NCBI RefSeq assembly: GCF_964355755.1
Contig: NC_092672.1
Location: 992,001 to 1,056,000 of the forward strand
Direction of reading: 5' to 3'
Origin: Antedon mediterranea
Taxonomy: Eukaryota > Animalia > Echinodermata
DNA: 64,000 nucleotides
The notes under the pieces were generated by a model. It saw nothing but the letters and a program-made list of their open reading frames with translations. It did not search any database and had not been told where the DNA came from. The translations under genes and the position numbers were made by a program. Positions 47,701 to 58,400 of this stretch are shown here, one piece after another. Positions within the stretch are counted from its first letter, which is position 1. Every line of letters starts with the position of its first letter.

Positions 47701-49223
47701 GAGATATATACATGAGAAAATGCAAATTTTAACTATTTATATAGAAACAATACACAGAAATTATATGATTAATCTCACGATAATTATAATGGAAATATCA
47801 AGAGAGTTACCATCGGAGTTATAGCCTTTTGAAAAACATAAAAACCTATGCTTGAAATTCATGAAAACACCCCCAAGAAAAATAATGGTATACGTCAATT
47901 TTTTTTTACATAAGAGCAAGAAAAACGAAAACGAATTCGTAGGTGGCATATTATAATTAAGGGAAAAATTAGCGTCTGTTGGGGAAAACAACAACACACA
48001 CCTGTTACCATAGAAACCAGTACAGTAATTTATTTTTTATTTTTTCCAAAATATGAAATTCTTGCTATTTTACCTAAAGTGTAATTGAGTACCAAAGTAA
48101 GAAGAAATCCCATTTGTTTGCATTTGGTCAATTTTTTATGAAATAGATCGATATTTTTGTCAACCGCTCTTAAATATGTCGTGGTCCAAAAGTGAACACA
48201 GTTTCGACTTAAAGAGTTATTCAACATGGAATTCCTTGAACATAATGGTATTGTCTCATGAATGGGTGAAAATCCTCAACCAATTCCTAAAAGTTCTAAA
48301 TAGACTTTTGTGATTGAAAATAAAGGTTGTCAGTACAACAGTTTTGATAAATATAATACTTGCATTGTTATATAGTATATAAATAGCAGGGTTTTGTAAA
48401 CATGAATATAATAAATAAAACAGCAAAAAGCAACCATTCAACCAACATGTCTGCACCGTGGTTGAATATTATAATAAATGCAAAAAATTGTACTTGAGGG
48501 CGCTATTACATGTAGGTGTTTTTAACCCTGGGGATCCTATGGGAATGAGAAAAACTGCAGTGCTGCACCCCTGGATCATTCTGAGTGAGAGGAAGACAGG
48601 AGGTGTAGGTTGTAGAGGAAGAACTGCTGCCCTCAGGCGGGTAACTTTGTGAGCTAGTTAAGATAAAAATTGTAATGCAAAAATGGTGTATAAAACATTT
48701 AGTTCACTAGCATTAGACAAAAAGAAGGCTGGGTGTTTTAAATTGAGTAAAACATTTACCAAATATTATATCACAATTCGCTCAGATAGTGTGCATTATT
48801 GAATGCAGGTAACTTTAATTTCTCAGTTTCAGAAATGTAAATACATTATTTGCAACTGCACACTCAAATAAGATACAAAAATAAATATATAAAAATGCAT
48901 ATAACCACAATTGACATGCGCAAAATCACATATTGTGTTCTGCGCATGCGCATGTTATCTCAACATATTAAAAGAAAGTCACTAGTTTGGTTTATAATAA
49001 TTTGGTTATAGCTAAAGAATACAATAATTCTACAATTTGCTATACTAATTTGATTACTTTTTGAAGTTTAATTTAACAGAGCATTACAGCAATAGTATTA
49101 GTAATTTGTCAGCAATTGCTACAGACGTACAGTGTTAGTTATTACTTAGGCCTTGCTGGTTTCAGGTGGTGTGAAAGTCTCATCAAATTGTAAAAAAATG
49201 CCACCATCTTCAACACTCCTACA

Positions 49224-50305
49224 TTATCCCATATCAAACGAGTCTTTTTCACACTCGTCATTGTCATTGGCGCGTGTATAACCTTTCTTCTTCTTCTTGT
49301 AGGCTGCTGCTGCTCTGAAAATATAAAGAACACTTAATTAATTGTAAACTAGTGGTGGTATAGAACAGCAGACACAATTCAACATCCAATTGAGATTTTC
49401 TATACAAGAAAAAGTAAATCCTGATATCAAATATACAATACAACACTGTATTAGAGAGAGCAAGAACCATGGTTGGTTCAAGATATATCTAGATATTTGA
49501 CCAGTTCTGTAAAAAGACCTGAATAATCTAGAATCTGGTAAAGATAATTACCAAAATGTTTATAATTTATACATTTTTCATTTGATTATTGAACCATATG
49601 CGCTATATTATTATCACTTGTTTTATACTATATTACCGATTTATTATCAGTCAAATTAACCTACTTACCTGCGACAAACAAAAACACAAATAATAACAAG
49701 GATTGATGTAGATAAAACTGCAATAAGAATAAATACAAGGCATTCTTCTTCCGACTTCAGAACTTTCCTCACGGTATCGCAATTCTGTTCTTCCATATAA
49801 GGTCCTTCACACCTTGCACCTGCGCATTCAGCCTTTCGTACCTCATCACGTGACCTTACGCGAGTTGTTGCGTTTTCACACGACGACCATTCAGTCCAGG
49901 TACATAGTTCACAATCGATATTTTTGCAATCACAACACGAACCGCTATATTTTGTTTTTTGACAGTCGCAACCTTGTTTTGTGAGCTCTCCACCGTTGTA
50001 ACAAACACGATTACAAGGTTGCTCATCAGTGGTGTAGGGTTCGCCAGGACCTTCGATCCTCAGCCGAATTTGGGTTCCATATATGCACCACATTCCCGGG
50101 AACAGTCAGACCAACCGCTGATGTACTTCCACTCATCTCCTTTTTGGTAATCTCCTTTTTGGTAATCTCCTTTCTGATAATCTCCTTCCTGGAAATCTCC
50201 TTTCTGATCATCTCCTTTGATATAACTGTAGTAGTAGATTCCGCAAACACAAGATACTACTACAAATAGTATTATAACACAACAACATCCTCCACAGTCT
50301 TCCAT
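49224..50305 (-). pseudogene. TM-TSP1-EGF-like-TSP1-TM family paralogue C; a single 2-bp frameshift
   Basis: Exons 50305-49669 and 49314-49224. An extra AT in GCATATATGGA (50079-50084) breaks the frame between ..WSDCSRECGAY and GTQIRLR. The rest, including TM2 and tail AAAAYKKKKKGYTRANDNDECEKDSFDMG*, is intact. Could be a null allele or an assembly error. Confidence 0.78.
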
Positions 50306-51418
50306 GACAGTCAATAGTCCAAATACTAGACTACTTCGAAACCTAAAGAGACAGTTTCTATTCGAATGGTAAACGTAAACTAATGGGTACGTTCGTCGCC
50401 GTCAGTATTAACTCAACGAAAAGTCCCAAATACCTCATCATAGGAGTATTAATAGATAACTTGGAATTTCCAACCAATGAGCACAAATGTTTTGAAAATC
50501 AAAATAACTAGATCTTTATTTATCTTGCCATTCAATTTATAGCCTTTTAATAGTGCCGGATGTTATTTGCGAATTATCGAAAAGAATATGATTTCCTATT
50601 CTACTACAGTAGGCCTACTACTCAAATATCTACAAAATAATATTAGGTGGCGTAGCAATTTAAGTTTCGGAACTAGACTACTAAAAAACAAACGGGAAGA
50701 GTACAGGAGGAGGAATTAAATAACCAGCCAACCACAAGTGACAGATCATCTATAAAAAAAACGGCGTTATCAGAACAATTATTGATTTGTTTCCATTTAT
50801 GTTTTGTTAATCAAAAAACAAAGAGAAAATTGTGTAAAGGCCTTGTACTTGAGGGCGCTATTACATGTAGGTGGTTTTTTTTTTTTTAACCCTGGGAATC
50901 CTATGGTGGGATTGAGAAAAACTGCAGTGCTGCACACTGTACTCCTGGACCATTCTGAGTGAGAGGAAGACAGTGTGTAGGTATGCGCAGGCTTATACTG
51001 TATTGCATTTTAATAAATGCTCATCACGAAACGTTTGTATTGTAGTTAATTCATCAATATAGCTACCTAACATAATAGAGCTATTATTATTAGGCCTAGC
51101 CTAGGCCTAGTAGTAGTACTAGGCCTAGTACTAAGTAGTGTATACCTCCATGTGTAGAGTATGCTACACTGCATGCTGCTGCACTGTAATAAGTGTAGGC
51201 TAGGGCCTACTACTCTAGTCTAGGCCTAGCCTAGTCTAGTTATCAAGAGAAAGGCCAGGCCCCTACTACACTAGCATCAGCTAGGTTAGCTAGATATTAG
51301 GCCTACTACTACTAGATTATAGGCTCAGTCTAGATATACTAAAATGTATTTTAGAAATATTCATTCAATATCATAATAATATGGCTAGATTCCTAGGCTA
51401 GGAGGCCTTGGTAGTTAG

Positions 51419-52370
51419 GGTAGCCGATCACTCCGGCCGCGCTTCACTCCGGCCGCCGTATCAGTTTAGCACAATGTTATGCACTCCGGCCGCTATTCAA
51501 TTCGACTTCCTGTGCAAAGGGGCCGTTAGTATGGAGCGCCCATATCTACGTTTTCTATACTGTTCAGTGTTATAACAAATTCTTGGTGAATTTAAATGGA
51601 ACTAGTTGAATATTTATTAGCAACAATTTTACTTGTTTCATTAACAATAACATTCAAAGAAGTTGGAACTGCTTTTTCTTTCAAACTAAACTTAACTTCA
51701 TTAAATTCAATAATAAAATAATAATCAAATACCCGTCTAATTAATGCTTGAATAACAATATTTAATTTCTTTGTACATGTACATTTATTTTATAGCTTTA
51801 CATTTATTAACATTAAAAATTAGTTCAAACCCTTATTTTTATAACACTTTATCTTGCCAGTACCCATACTTACTAATTATAGTTAATAACAATATTTACA
51901 ATATTAATTAATTTATTTCAAATAATCCAATATCCGTCTAATTAATGTTACCTGGAATTGTATCAAGAATTAATATATCATTTTTGTACAGTCCAATTTA
52001 CAATGATTTTATATTTTAATTTATATATGATAAAAATAATGACATATAGGGTACATTGCAATAAATTACATTAATTAATCACATTACAATTAATATACTA
52101 GCCTATTACATTGGATAAAACACATAAATTATTTTGTTCTAGCATTAGACCTAATTTAAAACACTTGCGATGTTGTTGTGATCCTGAAAGAGAAAAAATA
52201 TACTGTATTATTACAAATGTTTATTTTGATTCTCTACAAAAAACGTGTCTCGGTTGTAAAAGACTCATTGGGCGCTCCATAGCTGCGGCCGGAATGAATC
52301 GCGGCCGGATTGAAGCGCGGCCGGATTGAAGCGCGGCCGGAGTGAAGCGCGGCCGGAGTGATCTGTATTC
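51419..52370. mobile_element. Non-autonomous DNA transposon (~950 bp) with 8-bp TSD (MULE/Merlin-like)
   Basis: TSD GTAGTTAG at 51411-51418 and 52371-52378. TIRs GATCACTCCGGCCGCGCTTCACTCCGGCCGC and its reverse complement, with 16-bp subterminal repeats. Inner inverted pair ATGGAGCGCCCA / TGGGCGCTCCAT; AT-rich core. Confidence 0.85.
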
Positions 52371-52486
52371 GTAGTTAGTAGTAATTTAATTTGAATACAC
52401 AATTTTTCTTTTCACAATTATTCATTGTATAATAAATGTTTTTGTTAAAGGACGCTTTTTGCAACTAAATCATTGGTGGGCAGACC

Positions 52487-55400
52487 ATGACAATGTTGCA
52501 GCTGTCTCGGATATCTCAACCACTCCGTTGCCTAACAACCAAGTGGCATCATAGAGGCAGCTTAACATGTGCCAGCAGTCTTCACAACAAACAACAAAGA
52601 CGATGGTTCCACAACACTCAACCTCACCAGAAGACAAAGGCGGTGATCTTTGATATGGGCGGAGTCCTCATCTCAAAGCCTTTTAAAGTGTTTGAAGGTA
52701 TAAAGCCTTGTAATTTGATCCAGGATTTTAAAATAGTGGACCCATGATGGCCTAAAAATGGTGAAATTAAGTGCTGGGCTTAATTTGATATCATCTTAAG
52801 GTCTTTTTACACTATCAAACTTTACAGTATGTGACAAAAAAATGCGATGTGCCCAAATACTGTATGGACACGATGGTCACATTACTACAATATTTGGGCA
52901 AATCATTTTTGTTTCAAACTAGTTTGGTAGTGTAGACAGAGCTTTATACATTACACAACATTCAAAATTCAGGGCAGCCCAGGTATCCACCCCTGAGGGA
53001 GGGCAGCCCAGGTATCCACCCCTGAGGGAGGGCAGCCCAGGTATCCACCCCTGAGGGAGGGCAGCCCAGGTATCCACCCCTGAGGGAGGGCAGCCCAGGT
53101 ATCCACCCCTGAGGGAGGGCAGCCCAGGTATCCACCCCTGAGGGAGGGCAGCCCAGGTATCCACCCCTGAGGGAGGGCAGCCCAGGTATCCACTCCTGAG
53201 GGAGGGCAGCCCAGGTATCCACCCCTGAGGGAGGGCAGCCCAGGTATCCACCCCTGAGGGTGAGGACATCCACTTTAAAAGTCTTCCACCATAATAATTT
53301 AAACACAGCATCTACCCAAGAAGCAAAGTTATTATTATTATTAATAATACACATTACTGTTTTTAGATCTACATTCATGTATCTCTGTATAATTATTTTA
53401 TGTACTTTTTTTCAGCATTTGAAAAAGATAATGGGCTACCAAACGGACTAATTCGGCAAGTGATTGTTGAAAGGGGCGAGGATGGGAGCTTTGCAAGAAT
53501 GGAGAGGGGCGAACTGACTACTGAAGAATTTGGACAAATATTTAGTACAGAATGCTCTGAAAAGGTAAATTACAAACTTTAAATTGTACATTATATTTGT
53601 GTAATTACAATTATTACTTATAATTGTTGATAACTCAATTTGTATTTACCTTTTTTATTCTGATTTTTACTATTTATTTTATACTGTAGTAGTTTTCATA
53701 TTTGTAAATTTTTTGATCTGTATTTTATATATTTTATAGTTGTTGTGTGTTTTCAATTTATATGTGATTTATGTATGTGGTTTGGAGTATTGGAGAGCCA
53801 CTTTGATAGTTACCTCCAAGTTATCAATTATATAATTTAAAACAAAATTGATTCACTTCTTAATTTATTACTTTTTCCAATAAATAATCTTAAATTTTGA
53901 TTTTCAGCTTGGTAAAAATGTTGACATGACTGAGTTTTTAAAAGTGTTTGAGCGAGACGTGTATGCATTGCCAGAAATGTTAGACGCTGTGCGTTGCATT
54001 CAGGCCGAGGGTGTATCAGTTGCTTTACTAACTAACAACTGGAAACATGAATCGGGCAGAAGTCTACAACCTCTGGATCCATCACTGTTTGATGTGGTAG
54101 GAACTGTTACAATACGGAGAATCCCTCCTTTGCGACACCCCTATAAGGAGACACCCGTATACAGTGGAAACCTCTATTAAGGAGACACTGATATACTGTA
54201 GAGGGGACACCTCTATCAAGGGAACACCCACATTCAGGGGACCCCTCTATTAAGGGGACACTGATATACTGTAGAGGGGACACCTCTATCAAGGGAACAC
54301 CCACATTCAGGGGACCCCTCTATTAAGGGGACACTGATATACTGTACAGGAGACACCTCTATCAAGGGAACACCCACATTCAGGGGACCCCTCTATTAAG
54401 GAGACACTGATATACTGTACAGGAGACACCTCTATCAAGGGAACACCCACATTCAGGGGACCCCTCCATTAAGGGGACACTGATATACTGTACAGGAGAC
54501 ACCTCTATCAAGGGGACCCCTCTATTAAGGAGACACTGATATACTGTACAGGAGACACCTCTATCAAGGGAACACCCACATTCAGGGGACCCCTCTATTA
54601 AGGGGACACGCATATACAGGGGACACCCAAATTCAGGGGACCCCTATCAAGGTGACACCTCTATTACAGTATGTATTACTGTGAAATGATGATTATATAT
54701 TTTAACATTATGAACAATTATTATTCAGTTCTGGGGCACCTCTAATTAAGGGAGACTTTTCTGTGAAATGAATACAATCAAGTACAGTATATATTTAACA
54801 TTATCAGCCCTATGCAGTAGACACCCTTATTAAGGGACACTTTGCTATGTCTTCTGTATAGGAGTTCTACTGCAGTTATGGATTTATTCAAAATAACTGT
54901 ACACCTCTGTACACGCCTTAATAACCTAACAATAAGTTAGCTGAAATGAGCTTTAGAAAACCACTCATCTTCGCTTGACCAGGGAGAGATGTAAATTAGA
55001 CAACACAACGTACCTGACGTCGCAAGTTTGGAATCGACTGATGACATGATTTTGTGAAAATCTCACAATAATGTACTCTATTTAATACATAGATAGTTGA
55101 ATCATGTTTAGTTGGAATGCGTAAACCAGATGCCAGGATCTACCAGTTGTGTCTTGAGAAATTGAAAGTGAAACCGGAGGAAAGCGTGTTCCTGGATGAT
55201 ATTGGTCGCAATGTAAAGGCTGCAAAGAGTCTAGGAATACAAACCATTAAGGTACTGCTGACTCTTGTTGTTAGAGTATCGTATTACTTTAGCAGTCCCT
55301 GACCAATTGACTACTGCTGACTCTTGTAGTTACAGTAATCATATTACTTTAGCAGTCCCTGACCAATTCATCTTTGTACATTGTATTGTATATTATGTTT

Positions 55401-58400
55401 GTTGGTCAAATAAATGAAATGAAAGGTCTGCTTAACTCTTATAATATCTCTCATAATATCTCTCTGTCTTATCTTTTTAATACTGGAGTGTTACATGTAT
55501 ATTTTACGTTTTTCAATAATGACCGCATTTATCTTGGATATACTTATCTTTTTAGATATTTAAACATTATTTTAATAAATTTAATTTTATGCCAAGTCGA
55601 TTATTTTTATTCAAAGGTTGATGAGCCGATCGATGCCTTAACAGAACTGCAAACTCTGTTAAATTTCCCGCTCAATGGATTTGTCCCTGGAACATCGTCT
55701 GTTAGGAAAGGCCTGGAAATTACCAAAGAACCGCTTATTGAGTATCTAGATAATCTTGGTATCAAATCCAAAGATGGTAATATTAATATCAGGCAATTTA
55801 AGCACGGACAATCTAACCCAACATACTTTGTAGGCTATGGAGGGAGAGACATGGTGCTAAGGAAGAAGCCACCTGGTAAGCTACTGCCCTCAGCCCATGC
55901 AGTAGAGAGAGAATACAGAGTGATGCATGCTGTAGGGCAGGCTGGCGTACCAGTGCCTAATCTCATCGGTCTTTGTGAAGATTCAAGGTAAAATTACATT
56001 GAATGCGCAGGCAACAGTTTTTTCCTTTTGTCTTATGTGGGTTCACACAATAATTAAATAGTTGTAAGAAAAAGTTTGCATAATAAGATATGACAAACAT
56101 GGAGAGAAAATTTTTTTAATTATTATACAAATAAAATTACTGAAACAAAATGACAATGCTATGGGTATCATTAGCTGGATATCAATGGAGATACAAAGAA
56201 AATAAGCAAAAAGCTAAATCAAAATGATAAAATAAAACAGCCAGAAATAAATTGCAGAGCTTTCAGGCAACACTACCTTCCCCACTGTAGGCGCAAGTTT
56301 GCATAATAAGATAATGTATGACCAACATTAGTGGAGAAACAAAAACATGTTTTAATAAAGAAACTATTTTTATTTGTTAGCATTATAGGTACACCTTTCT
56401 ATGTAATGGACTACATAGAGGGCAGGGTGTTCAAAGACCCATCATGCCCTAGTCTCTCACCAGGTGAACGAACTCAAGTCTATGATGCCATGTGCAATGT
56501 ATTGTCACAGATTCACTCAGTTGATGTAACTGCAGCTGGTCTTAAAGATTTTGGAAAGTTTGGTAAGTTTTTGTTCAGTCTGACTTTCAAATTCATTTTA
56601 AAACATTTATACAGATGTTATTAGCATTTAATTTCTAAATTTCTAAAAGCCTGTATAATTAGTCGTACAGTACAAAAGGAATGATATTTTGATTCAATAA
56701 TTACTTTTGTTACTCTTTCAGGCAATTATATAGAGAGGCAAGTAAAGACCTGGTCTAAACAGTATCTAGCAAGTCAAACACATGAAATAGAAGAAATGAC
56801 ACGATTGATGCAATGGCTACCAGAGAACACACCAACCACTGACCACACAACAGTAGTGCATGGAGATTTCAGGTACACACCTGTATTATTATTATTATTA
56901 TACAGATATTGACTGCTTAGAGGTTAAATATAAGATTTGACATCCCCGAGCGAGGGAATGATATTAAGTTCGAGGGAATATATATTTCCCGAAGCGCCAG
57001 CTGAGGGAAATATATATTCCCCGAGAACTTAATATCATTCCCGAGGGGATGTCAAATCTTATATTTAACCAATATAAAAGGCAATATCTGTTATATTATA
57101 TAGCCAAGAACAAGTCTGCTGGGTTGGGTGAAGCTAGGCTAGCTAGGCTAGGCCTCCTTTATAGTATTTGTATTGTATTTAAAACAAGCCTGCCTAGACA
57201 CCTTACCTTGCGAAGAATAATATACAGATAATTACTAATTAATGATTCCTTGGCAATAAAATATTCACTTAGGCCTAGGTCGTTTAAATTAACAGAAGAA
57301 TTTCCATCAATAAGCCTATTAATAATAATATTATAATCAGGTAGGCCGAATAAACAATTCGTCGTCTTCTCGATCTTCGAGGAGCCGAATCACCGGATGT
57401 TCAGCGCGTACTAGTTACTAGGTTACTACCGTGAGTATTGACCAATCATAAACGGTGTTTCATCACATTTAGGGTGGACTTATAACAAATGAGGGCGCTA
57501 TGTATGCATAATTTAAATAGTTTAGAAGATTAATTTCTTCAAGCAAATTCCGTGGCCCAGCGGATGAAACGTTGTCTTGCGATGGAGTGACAATTCCACC
57601 CGAGTTCAAGATCGAGTAAATGACTTTTGTTTATTTATCGGCAAACTCGAGTGTTGCACACGAAAATTACACAGTCAATATCATCGTACTCGAGAATTTA
57701 TATGATTAATGACAGGGGACACGATTATTACGCGAAAATTACACAGTCAATATCATTGTTCTCGAGGATATATACGATTTACGATCCTTGCAGCGGTAGT
57801 CATGTGATGCAGTTTCAACCAATCACGTTCGCGTATTTACATAGGCTATGTAATATATATATTATATTGTATTTATGATATCTTAGATAATACATAGGAT
57901 TATGACCAAGCAAATTGTGTGTCAAAATGCACATAAAAATTGGATTGGATTATATAGCGTCTAATGTTGTGAAACCTGTAAGCGGTGAACATTATTACCC
58001 CAGTCATTTTTTTGCATCAAACATATATGGAAACATAATCCCATAATGCAGCTATTAATCAGCACAAAGTTGTCTTGATCTAACCGGGTACCCATTTATA
58101 CACCTGGATGGAGAGAGGCAAACGTAAGTAAAGTATCTTGCCTACGGATACAAGCAATGTGGCGAGAGTTAGATTCAAACCTCAGTCTCACGATCAGTAG
58201 TCCAACGTCTAACACACAGCACCACACGCCCTCACAAAATAAATGTATAATATATTAAACACACCTACAGTACACTGGACTGAAAATGGTATGCACAGTA
58301 CATTGAACACACTACAGTAGTTTAAAATTATAATATGATAGTACAATATTTTCCCATAAATATTTATCTGTATACAGTTAGGTAGGAAATTATTGACATA

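Noticed and set aside
52919-54613. Repetitive ORFs or CRISPR-like arrays in ACAD10 introns
   Set aside because: These are head-to-tail 29-bp and ~73-bp tandem repeats without unique spacers, in a eukaryotic intron, with no cas genes.
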